From: Octopus sinensis
Taxonomy: Eukaryota
Length of the DNA: 56,618 nt
Assembly: GCF_006345805.1 (NCBI RefSeq)
Contig: NW_021832584.1
Coordinates: 1-56,618 of the forward strand
Direction of reading: 5' to 3'
Positions 24,572 through 37,356 of this stretch are shown here, piece by piece (the stretch's first letter is position 1; the number at the start of each line of letters is the position of its first letter). Position numbers and translations under genes: made by a program. The notes under the pieces are model-generated. The model made no database searches and was not told the DNA's origin. It worked only from the letters and a program-made list of their open reading frames with translations.

Positions 24572-25585
24572 TTTTGACATGGTTTTTTACCAAAAGAACA
24601 AGTATAAAGGCTGTCCACTGCTCAGATGTGGCTGAACAAAAAATCTTTTAAAAAGGATTTGAAAGAATGATATCTCTGTGTTAAAAATTGAGGACGGGGT
24701 TCTCCGAAGAGGTAGACTGACACAAATAAAAAAATTCGGAAGCTTTCTTTAAATGAAAAAATAGATTACCAGGGTATATTATGTACAAAAATTCTCACCT
24801 ACTGGTATGGTAATAATAAAGTCTAAAGATAGCACTTGTTTGTTTTGTTCTAAATAAATTTTTCTTAATGTCTTGGCTTTTTGATCTCTAATTATTGAAT
24901 ATGTTAGGAATGTTTAGAAATATTTACATTAAAAAATTTCAAGTGTTTTTGATTTGGGATGTTCCAGTTTTTAAGCTAAGAGGCAAGGGTTTTTGGAAAA
25001 GCAAGCTTAGTGCTTTATTTGAAAAATGTCTCAATACATATCTTTGAACTTTGTGCAGAGTGACACGAAAAATACATCGGTGGCAACTCAGGACTGACTT
25101 TATGTGTTGCATCAATCGTGCCATATTGTGCGTAAGGCTCCAGAGAAAATAAACGAGACTTTTCTCTATTTGTACTCAACACAGACAACGCAAGAAGAAA
25201 TCACGCAGAAGCTCAGGCCATAGAGTAAGTGGAGGGCAAACATTTCCGCAAAGATAGCTGGAAGAAAAACCGAGCTGCAAGCGCTGACTAGGCACATTAA
25301 TGATGTGAGCAATGGAGTCAAGATTTGGGTCAAGTGAGTACTGTACCTTGTCGAGCACGAGCTGCCAGATGGGATTTTAATGAGTTGAGTCGTGTCTGGG
25401 CAGAGGGGAAGCTGATTTTCGTTTATTGAAAGAAGTTCTCAAATAATTGCAGACTGTTCTATCGCCTACTGCACGGAGATACTTTCTTGAAATTTAATTG
25501 GAGGTCTACAGAGCCAAAGAAGAGAAGGAAGAAGGGAAGAAAATGCGTAAAGTGTCATTTCCTATTCACTTTGGAAACTCAGGAC

Positions 25586-26798
25586 TTATTATTATTAAGC
25601 ACACCGCAAAATAACGTTAGTAAAGTTATCTCGCTTGTGCCACCCGTTCCTGGATGCGTTTTGTTAATCGCTTCCAAGTCCCTCTGTTCCTCGATAGTTC
25701 TCTCAAGTACTCAATTTCAGCCTTTTTCCAATCAAAGTTAGGTCCTGGTGCAGGAGGGTTGGTAGAGTGATTCGTGATCTTCCTCGGAAGTTTGTCCCCG
25801 GGTGGGGGCGTAGTGGTGTTCCATTGCAAGATTTGCAGGAGTTTTCCTGTCCATTCTTAGGATGTGACCGAATAAGGCCAATCTATTACTTCTTATTTCT
25901 TTGTCCAACGGGTGTTCATTGTACCTGGAGTAGAGATGTTTGTTTGAAATGCGTTTTGGCCAAAAGATTCCTAGGATGTATTTCAGCTGCATTCTGTGAA
26001 AGAAATTCAGATTTTTTATTTCCTTCACTGTGAGCCCAAGAGGAGTTGTACAGTAGGACTGGTTTTACGAACATATTGTAAAGTTTGATTTGTAAAGACG
26101 CAGAAATGCTCCTGAAGAGCTCCAAAAACTTATTGCTTACATCTTGAACAAAACTTTTGAAGAACATGCCAAAATTAACATCGGAATCGGAAAGTTAATT
26201 TCCTTACATAAACCCGGGAAGGAAAAAGGAAAACTAAACAGCTTAAGAACAATCATAATACTCAACTTACTTTGTAAAATTCTATCACTAATCGCTTTGG
26301 AGAGAATTAAAGGCCCACTACGTGAATTTATCGGACCCAGCCAAAGTGGGTTTGTCTCTGGAAGATCAACTTCCGATGCTGTTTGGAGCCACAAATGGAT
26401 GTGTGCTTCATGCCAAAAATATAAAGAAGAGTACCACATAATGGAAATCGACCTATCTAAAGCATTCGACTCAATCAGTAGAATTAAGATGATACAAATA
26501 TTAACGCCACTACTCGACGAAGATTGCATCAGAATTATTCGTTACCTACTCTCCTCCACTCAACTATTTATCCAGCTCGGAAAACAGAAATCCAAAGTAT
26601 TTGAAACAAACAAGGAAACCCCCCAAGGAGACGCCTTATCCCCGGTCTTATTCATCGTATATCTGGAGGCGACCCTACGAAATGTCAGGAATAATATCCT
26701 CAGAAATATTACAGAAGTCATCTTTGCAGATAACATAGATTTCACGGCAACAGACCCCCAACTAGAAAGTACTATGGACAAATTGGCCTCAGAACTTA
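25586..26798. mobile_element. RTE-like LINE insertion with 5' inversion: 3' part on minus (25586-26104, (TAA)n tail), RT core on plus (26105-26798)
   Basis: Plus: APEELQKLIAYILN, KPGK, SQSGF..GRST, IDLSKAFDS, PQGDALSP.LF, FADNID. Minus: KLYNMFVKPVLLYNS, LFGHILRMD, tail. Flanks CTCAGGACTTA / CTCAGAACTTA. Confidence 0.85.
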
Positions 26799-26888
26799 GT
26801 TAGGGAATTAATTAGTTTCTTTTTATTAATAAAAAATATTTTTAGAATAGCCGCATTATATTGATTATATAAAGTATTAACAATTCAA

Positions 26889-28053
<1,165 letters not shown>

Positions 28054-28149
28054 TCTAACTATTAAATACTACTAATACATTGAAGGATAACAAGCTAAAA
28101 ATAAATTTAACTAAATGACGTTTTCTTTTTCTGTATTTTGATTAAGACT

Positions 28150-28555
28150 CAATAATCTCTTCATTATTTTGTCTCCCAGGGTTATCGGTGAGTGTAGCCG
28201 GAGTATCTTATGTTTAATGACTTCACATATTTTCTGAAGTTTGATGTCACAGGACCATTTATGTAAAAACAATTGGAGCTACCTTGACACTCGCATGGAA
28301 TATCATCTCCAATTCCTTTGCCAAGAGATCATATTTTATTAGCTTTTCTAATTCCAATTGTTGTAAGTTTTCTGTTGACGTTTTCTTCACTTCAAAAAAG
28401 AATAGACGGTCATGTTTCTTATCAAACATAATAGATCCGGCTTATTATCTCCAAGAATTGTCTTGAAGAGTGTTCACTGCCCGATTCTGAATCTATCTGA
28501 CGTCAATAAGACAAAATCTCCGGAATCTGATGGACAAGAATTGTTTGAGCATCGC
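28150..28555 (-). mobile_element. Decayed copy of the 6206-7399 RLE retroelement family
   Basis: NKPDL..FDKK..FFEVKKTS..ELEKLIKYDLLAKEL..VAPIVFT*NG.V. Confidence 0.8.
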
Positions 28556-28564
28556 AATTTTTTT

Positions 28565-29118
28565 CCGTGTTGGGTTGAAGATCTGCTAGGCCCACAAATG
28601 CCGCCGCTGGGAAACTGTTGACGAATACGGCTTCCACCCTCTCGCTTCCCGTCGGATTGCCGGTCGTGCCCCTCGACACAGAAAACTCAACGTTATCATA
28701 CAGAGAGCCCTAGCTTTCGCGTGTGTCCCGTCAATCCTCGAACCAATTGGACTGAATATAGGAGACGGCAAATGCCCAGACGGGCTGTCCGCGTTTTCAT
28801 ACGAGCCAAGGAAATTCCTTATTTGGATTCTACTTGTTCAGACACATTTTTGCGCGGAAATCTCGCCCAGTCACCTGTCGATCCTGGGCACGCGTCAGGG
28901 CAGGACAAGAATCACAGGATTCTCAAGTACGACCACCTTTCAAACTCGATGTCCAATTGCTTTGGAGTCCTCCAGCATTTTCTGCCCCAAAACGGTTCGC
29001 TTTCTTGCTCCTTTGGCAGACGACTCGAGAAAGTCACCTTAGCTTTTGGACAGTCTATCGATCGCTGTGATCCGTGGAAATGGCTTTGCTATTAGCAAGG
29101 GTAGTCGAGCGTCTAGGT
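28565..29118 (+). mobile_element. Decayed CRE-clade RLE fragment
   Basis: VDEYGFHPL..GRAPRH.KLNVIIQRAL..ILEPIGL..GDGKCPDG..IWDSTCSDT..KYDHL..SIAVIRGN. Confidence 0.8.
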
Positions 29119-29823
29119 AAAGCCTTTAACTAGTTTCTCATTTTATCTAAAAAATTGTCAAACATTTCGCTATATCAATAATCCAATTTTAAAAGAAGTC
29201 AACAAATCAATTACCTCTTTTAACAAATTCATTCGTCACTAATCAACAGCAAATTTAATCCCAATCTACCTCGTAACAAATTTATCTGTAAAATAAGATA
29301 AATAAACCAGAAATAAACAGAGTAAGTAAATAATCACACTTGCTCGTCTAGAAATACACAAAACCAACCGTATTTGTTAGGATCGAAATTATCGAATTTA
29401 ATCTCCAAGATAAAATCCCTAAATGAGTGGTACATCAGCTTGTTCTATTGATTAGCGTCGACTTTCATATTGATTATCAAATTCTCAATTTATAAATGTA
29501 AGCTTTCATGTATTAGGTCTCACAAATAACGATTTTAACTATTATAAAACCTACCTTTTACAACATTCACAATTTATCAATGACAATTTAAATCCTTTGG
29601 GGACTATTGGTTTGTATTCTTAGATCAGCTTTCATGGGAACCAACTCGAAAATGTTAGCAGGTAAAAGAGTGCGTGTTAAAAACATAGTTGAATTATTAA
29701 AACTATAAACGAATATACTAGTTGTAGCCTTGATGTTTTAAAGTTATTTGACCTGCCGATATGTTAGCAAAATAAACGCGGTTTTTCGTAGGCTATAAAT
29801 ACCGATTTTACGAAAGATTATTA

Positions 29824-30330
29824 ATGTCGGAACAGGAGAATTGTAAATGCAAGAGGATTCCATGTACATGTGTAAAACAAGAAAGCCCCTGTACTGAGTT
29901 TGAATTTATCTTGCCCAGGGTGGGAAACGACTGACAATAATCGAAATGAAACACAATCGACTAGATATTTTGATTTCAATAATCAAAGTTATCCGACTGG
30001 GCCGAACGATTCAAATTATTTTCAAAATTCGTATTCTCAGCATTGGACCCAGAATTTCCAGAATTGTTATTCTCCGCAATGGAACCAGCAATGGAACCAG
30101 AATTTTCAACACTGGAATCAATTTTGGAGAATAAAGCCAATTCGTTTATTATTTCAAATTATTTTTAGGTATCATTGACATTTCAGACTCATACGAAAAG
30201 TATTGGAGAGAAGCAATGCTATCACAGTTTGATTTCGATATTGAAGTTAAACCAAATGCGGGTTGTAAGAATTATATTTACAAAAAAAATGAAAATGGTT
30301 AGTTTTTATCAGTTTTAAATGATATTTAGA
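29824..30330 (+). CDS. Unknown small intron-containing gene or pseudogene with N-terminal Cys cluster and Q/N/W-rich low-complexity segment
   Basis: MSEQENCKCKRIPCTCVKQESPC (fs) ..SYSQHWTQNFQNCYSPQWNQQWNQNFQHWNQFW, then a 25-nt GT-AG intron and RIIDISDSYEKYWREAMLSQFDF. Confidence 0.4.
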
Positions 30331-31619
30331 TAAAAAGAAAGATGACCCGGGTAAATTTAATAATATTAATTAAACTTATTTAGACAAATCCTCCGGTTTT
30401 TTGCGTTGATTAGCTTCTTAAATAATGGCTGTTTCTTTTTTGCTTTCTTTTCCTAATACATGCTTTGACCTTTGAGTAGTATTTACTTTGATGATGATCA
30501 TGAATTTTATAATAATATAAAAATCGATTAGAGTAGATATTGTATTTAAATATTAAATTGACTGTGAGTTTAATGCATTTTTTAAATAACTCTATACCAT
30601 TAACGTCAAACAAATCAAATTACTACAGAACTACATTTTTACACAGTTGGAGTGCAAAAAAGCACTCAAGCCCTTTAACGAAATCGTGTCCTTAATTTGA
30701 ATACAGAGGGGAATTGAGATTCCATGTTATTGTTTTCTTCAGTTATGGCGTTATAACTCCAAAAGCCAAAAAATTCAAAATCTTTATAATTTTTATTTCA
30801 AGCTAACTATCTCCCCACTCCGTTGATAAGCTTCATGAAATAATTTCTACCTTTTTTGAAATACGAAATTATAGCTTTCATTTAGAGATAAAAACCAACT
30901 TCGTTGTTTAATATCATGCAGCTGTATTGAGTTTTTGTATAAACAAAATGTGAGAAAATTTAAATATAAACTTAGCATATATCCTTATGTGCCAAGTGCA
31001 ATTCACTAAAATAATTCGCTTTTACGTTGTCGAAAGCATGTCGTTCAAAATCTGACATTAGTAGCGAACATCAAAAAGCAATATACCTAGATATTTCCTT
31101 GGATCTCCCTTTTTTCTCTTAATTATGTCCACTTTTTTCTACTAGAGCAACTGTGTGGACTTTTCTAGATCAATTTAACTCCTTGCTACGATAAAATCAA
31201 AGATCTAACATAATTGCTTAAAAAGTATTTATTGAACGATTCCTTTGATAATGATCATAGACATAAATCCTTTTTTTTTCTTTCTGTCACTTTCTCTGTT
31301 TCTTTTGGTGGTCGAAAATGGATGAAGTAGACTGGGTCTGAGTGAATCACGAATGTAGTGATTAAAGTAAATAACCTGAAACTTTGAAAACATATAATAC
31401 CTCTTACTTATACTTAGCTATCTTTTCGCGATACTTGTTGAATATATGTTTGTGCACAAATTCTGAAGCTTTGAACTTTTGAAAAATCTTTGGTTGATCG
31501 GGAAGCTCATTGGAAAAAAGAAAAATGACTCCCGGGAAACCAGCTGGCTGTACCAGAGGGTATCAATAACAATCTTGCAAGGAAACTTGTTTGCTATCTG
31601 CGGTGCGGCCACTGGCGAA

Positions 31620-32960
31620 TTCTGATTTACGAGTTTTCACACAGAGAAGTAAATAAAATTGAATATGAATTTCGAAATAGATATTTCACTGTCAAGAATG
31701 AGATTATCAGAAAAGTCATTCGAAATTGTGAAGTTTGCAAATTTTCGCGTCTTTTAAAACTTCAAAAAATTTGTTTAATTATAAATTGGGGATATAAATC
31801 ACCATCCGTTCGCTTCTTGTCCAAATGAACGTTTTCAAATAGACATAATAGATCTGAAAAGATTTTCAACGTTAATTTAAAATTTTTATCATGTAATTCG
31901 ATTTTGAATCTAAATCTAAATTATTCCCAGTCAGACAATTTGTTTCCAACTGCGAAGAGATTTAATTTCGAAATCAACCCAATTGATGAAAATTCAAGTT
32001 ATTACAAAGCTATGAACAGGAGAATGAATGTTCATAATAGTAAGTATACTTTTAGCGTGGGAGATAAAGTACAAATTAGAAATATTAATAAATAGGTTCG
32101 GGTTAAAAAGGACTTTGGAACAAATCCTTCATTGCGACTGGATAAGTTTGAGTCTCCATATTATTCTGCCTCAGAAATAATTAATATTTTATCGAATAAT
32201 CGCGTGGAGGTAGTTTTAGATATTTTAATTTAATAGATAAAAATTCGAAAGGAGAAATATCAACTGTACTAATGACTACATTAAAAAATAGTTAGCTAAA
32301 TTTTATTCTCTGTGGTTTTAATAAAATGAAATTAATTGAAGTTAATCTTAGTTCAAGGTTGATGTAACAGGCTGCCCATAGGTATTGCGTGGCCGATGTA
32401 ATATTAAGTTTGAATACTTAATGACTTGTATTTAACCTTCTTGGTCGCTTACTGTTAATTTTCGATGTTACGGCAAGCGGCGTAAATCGATTTAGCGCGA
32501 TCGTTCTCAATCCGCTATCACACAGAAACGGTGACATTTAATATTTTTAGCGTTATTTTAGAATTTTAAACATGTCCTTTCTAAAATGTTTTCCCCTATA
32601 TATACAATAACAGGTTTTGTCCAAAATGTGGCAAAATATCAATCTATCGTGTGTATCTTAAATGGCGAACCTGTACAGACATCCTCAAGGCAAATAAAAT
32701 ATAAATTAACTAAAAAATCTATCAAATGTATTGTTATTGATGACTGATTATACCTCAAAATCAAAAGATTTCAAAAAACTAGTTATTTTCATAAATAATG
32801 AAAATGGAATGGAAACTATTAAAGATTCTATTCATCGATATAACCTTTCTAGAATTTGTAAACTCGACAGGATTATTTACACTCTTATTTTACAATAAAG
32901 CGGAAAATTATAGAACAAGTCGTCAAGAATGCTCAATTTGCAAATTTTCTATTCCACTTA
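31620..32960 (+). mobile_element. Two tandem decayed Ginger/KRABA2-type integrase remnants
   Basis: YFTVKNEIIRKVIRNCEVC (zinc-binding half) and PNERFQIDIIDLK (first catalytic Asp); second copy YFTIKRKIIEQVV..CSIC at about 32890-32945. Confidence 0.65.
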
Positions 32961-33982
32961 AAGTATAAAATTAATGCAGGCTATAAATGGATATTTACCG
33001 GCTATAATGGATGTTAAAGTAAATATGAAATCGATAAAGCAGCTAAAAATAAATCTCTACTGTTCAAATTAAACGGATGAATAAAAAAAATGAACTTTCA
33101 TAAATCGAAATACAATTTTTCAATTGGAAATGAAATATGTTTTGCAAATAATTGATAGGCTTGACTTTTAAAGACTTGCTGCTAAGATGCGATAGATTGA
33201 TGGAATGGAGTTTGTATTAGGGTTGCCACAAAAGGAACTCCTAAATAATCCCAAAGGGATATGTTTCAATATTTCCTATTCCTGTGTTTAGTGTTGAAAT
33301 TACATTTCCACGTATAAGGTTTAGTTCCTGGGGAATAAGTGTAGAAGTTAGGATAAGTCACCATTTTTCTTTCTGAATTTGCATAATTTCCAAGCACAAT
33401 GAACTATAAATTTACTGGGGCCCTTAAAGATGTCACCAATGACGTCAATGATTCTATCTAAAATTGGACGGACAAATCTATGCAGGAGATACGTTTTTTC
33501 AAACAAAAACAGAGAAAATCCACCTCAAGAGAGTACCTATGTTAACCAAAATGTTTACACATATCATCCACCGCCACTTATGATCAAGACTTTCCGGCTG
33601 GCGAACCCGCCGATGTGACTTATAGATCTCATCAAAATCAAGTGAAGTAACAAATCTTGTTCTCAATTTCAATAAGAAAGTGGTCGAAATTAACAAATAT
33701 ATTACAGTACGACACTGTTTGTTCCCCAGCAGTCACCTAGCAAAGTACTAGAACAGCCTGTAATCGCTTAACTTCTGTGTTCAGATGGGAACGGGTATTT
33801 ACGACTAAGTGTGATCGTAAGTTTTTTTCGTTTTAATCACTGGTCCGGAACATATGGACTGCCAAAAATTCAATATTGTAAAATTTTATGGAAAAAGTTA
33901 AGAAAGAGATTAAAAAATATTCTAGAAAATATGACTTTTAACATAATTATAAAATTAGATAACATTTAATAAAATAAACATA

Positions 33983-35451
33983 ATGAATCGTGGTGTGTTC
34001 CGACAGTGGGTTTTCTGTGAGTATTCAAATTTACCGTAGGCGACTGAGCTATTAAAGTACCCCGCAGAGTATACGAACGACTCCCTCATCTTAGCCCGTC
34101 TAGTAGAATATATGTATTCCTAATATCTCACGTTAAGCTCAAACTCTCCCACAGTCGAATTTGAATGCAACGACGAAGCCTTGGTTTTGGTCGTCGATTA
34201 TATTTCCGGTTGTTTGAAAGACTCTATTTAAGCCAAATATAACTCAGAATCAGATATTGACAATTTCAAAGCGGCATTAATAGAACTCAACAACAACGTG
34301 GAGAATGTTTGTTTGATTTTAATATCCTATAGATCTATCAATTGCTCATGGCAATGGCTTTGTGGGAATGTGATGAAAAGTCTATTAACGAGTTATCGGA
34401 GGCTGCTGTTTTGTCGGGAAATGGACAAGTGCTTATTAATGTACTGAAGCACATCTACCCCGAGGATCAGGCCACTAATCGACCTGATCTTGCTAAAATC
34501 ATTGGGTTTTCTGACACGATTTTACCACAAGGTTAAGTACCGGTCCCTTTGACCACAAAAACAAAATTTAAATTAAAAAAATAATTAATTAAAATATATT
34601 AAATATAATTTAATAAATAATTAAAATATATTAGATGACAAGACATTTGTAAGAACATACTTATTCCGTTACTATTGTCGCAGGATAGACCACCAGGCAC
34701 ACGATTTGTCCCCTACAATCACAAGTTTATCTTCCTCAATGTCGAATTTCTACGAAAAGACATCCAAACAACTCGAATCTTTGAAAACCCGAATTGATTC
34801 TTTAAAAAATGCCCCATCAGACAGTTTTAAATCAGTTCTTGTCGACTTGGAGTCAGGAGAGGACTTGAAGACAATCATTTCGAAGACATTCACCGACAAC
34901 AATCAGTTGAGTCCCCTCGAACGTCAACTGACCACGTTTTTCCTGTGCTGTCGTCGGTTTGTGAGTCAATTGGCCATGTCCCGGGATTTCGAATCAGTCA
35001 AAAATTCAATTTTGTGGTCCCTCGGTGAGTCCCTTCAAGGGATCCCCTCAGGAGACACAATCTCCCTGCCAAGCTCACTCAACAATCTCTTCAACGTGAT
35101 CGAAGCCACCCCCCAACAAGGGATGTTGAATATAATGAGGGAAGAACTGAGGACAATTGGATTGAAGGTCGATCAGTTGTGTTCCGACAAAAAAGTGGAC
35201 ATTTCCAATATTTTTAGTCCTCGACTCCTCAATGTGAGCCCCAGGCAATGGACGAGGGGTTGGTCGACAGCAGTCCTGTTAAGAGGGTTCGCCAGAATGA
35301 CGAGGAAGTGAGTCCCCCCAAACGGATTACCGCCAATGTTGTTGCAAAAGCACGCAAAGTTCGTTTTTTACTCAAAAATTGTGCAACGAAGATATTAAAC
35401 GACAGCGAGGGTTATCGAAATGGGGGGACTAGTCACGTTCCTTGTCGATAA
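33983..35451 (+). pseudogene. Disrupted intron-containing host gene, tentatively TRF-like telomere-repeat binding factor
   Basis: Introns 34017-34039, two further tiny ones and 34533-34634; in-frame TAA at 34229-34231 and frameshifts. Weak similarity to TRFH (RQWVF, LARLVE..VEFE, LSEAAV) and to a broken Myb (ARK|gt..TKILND..TS). Confidence 0.35.
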
Positions 35452-37222
35452 ATATGACTGTTTTATTGGTTAAGTGTTAAATATCAACATTTTTCGGGCA
35501 GACATTAAATTACAAAACTCATCAAGGGACTATTTTCCATAACAGTCAGTGTCGGTTGTGCAAAATCATATTTTTTGAATCCCTTTCGCTAGTCTTTGAC
35601 TTCTTAATTATCCAAAAAGTCACTGGCATTAACACAATTATCTATTAAGCCTATACGATTTTTCAATTTGGTGGATTAAGTCAGGCGTAAACCTTTTTTT
35701 CAATTTAGTCTAGGAGAAATGATTGTTAGCTTGATTGTCCTAGGAAGTGAATCTATGCTTTAGCTGGGTGTATGGATGTGGTAGAACTTAACAACGATCG
35801 GACCTGTCTTTACCTTCCCTACAGATGTTCTAGCTTTATATGCCTTTGCAAATTCTATGAACGCAGAAAAGATCGATCAAAATATTCTGCCTTTTGCAAC
35901 TGGCTATTTTTCAAGTTCTCCTTTGCGCCAAAAACGGCAATCATTTAAATCGCTGCTAATCATGTCATCTTCTCAAGCCATAGTTCCCGCTATTTCAACT
36001 ATTACAGTAATTGGTATGGCTTCTTTAGTTACGCTTTCGTAACTCAAGCAGTTTATCGACTAACAAAAGGAAATGTTTCTTATCCAGGTAAAATCGATAC
36101 ATTAACCTTTTTATTCTCTTATTTTTCTGATCAGCAGCTGTTAGGTCAAATCAGCAGCTGTTATGAGTTAATTATTCATTTGAGACCAAGCCTATGTCAA
36201 GTTCACCGCAAACTCCACTAGAATACTGTTTATTCTGCCTATAACCAAACAATTTGAAAATCGATCAATCTATAATCAAGAATCTAAATAATACAAATTC
36301 ACCTCGCGAAGTTATCACCGATATTTTTGACTCAATGTACACGCGTGGATTTGGCTTAAGATATCTTGAACAAATCAAACAGAAAGTCCTGTTATTCTTC
36401 TCCATAATTAGTATTTTGAATGGATAGAGGTTGTAGAAACGGTCGAAGATTTACAAAATAACAGAAAAATTTGTAACAGCAAGCAACCGTCTAAGCAAAA
36501 TCCACATTTCTTTACACCTTTTATTAAAAAATTCAATAAAAAGATCACTGGAAACTTTTACTATTCTCGTTTCAGCAGGAAATATTTACCCTATAAAAGG
36601 TAGACATGCAATTATGACTGATAACACGTGATAACCAGTTTTCAAAAATGTGTGATGTCAATCACGCATTCTTTAATTCTACTGAAATTGACGTGATATC
36701 TTATTAACAACTTAGTTAACTGGAAGTGTTTTGGTTTCTTTGAAGCATCTAGAATTCTTTCTTGTCCCAATGACCATTTATTTTGGAATCTTTTTTCCCC
36801 CATAAATGCGTTTAAATGATACGTTGTTTCTCTCTTTCCAATGCTGAAGCCAACCTGAATTAGGAATAAAATCATCCATTTTCATTAACCAATTTATCCA
36901 ATTAATCGATATATATTGAATGGAAAGCATATAAAATATGTTATTGAAAATAAATTTATGTCATTAGCCGATTTATACAATTAACCAATATGCAATTGAC
37001 CAGTGTATACTGTACCAAGTTCTTAGTTCTCTTCAAGAATGAACGCTAAAGGAAAAAACTTAATAAAATTTGAAGTCAAGATTTGTTATTAAAACATCTA
37101 TTCTGAGCTTGATTTTCTTTCAGTTGAAATGAGAACTTTTCAGGGTTTTTGAATCCACATGCAGTGATCTCTTTTCCCCATTCTTACAATACATCTTCTA
37201 TTGATTCTAAAAGGAAAACAAA

Positions 37223-37356
37223 ATGAAAAATACGTTCAGTAGATCCAGTAAATCAAGCAATTGGCATTGCCTCCCTTCATTTTCAAGAAGCTGACCACTT
37301 AATTGCTCATGGCCGTCGAAAGCTAAACAACGCCGAACAAAAAATCCAAACACTGA
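37223..37356 (+). pseudogene. xseB: Bacterial exodeoxyribonuclease VII small subunit remnant
   Basis: AAGGA at 37211-37215, ATG at 37223, frameshift, then FQEADHLIAHGRRKLNNAEQKIQTL, like the XseB C-terminus (YEEAD.LI..C.K.L..AEQKI). Confidence 0.65.

Noticed and set aside
32364-32535. TG...CA segment as solo LTR or MITE
   Set aside because: Terminal match is weak and no TSD is present; may be abutting Ginger ends but cannot be supported.
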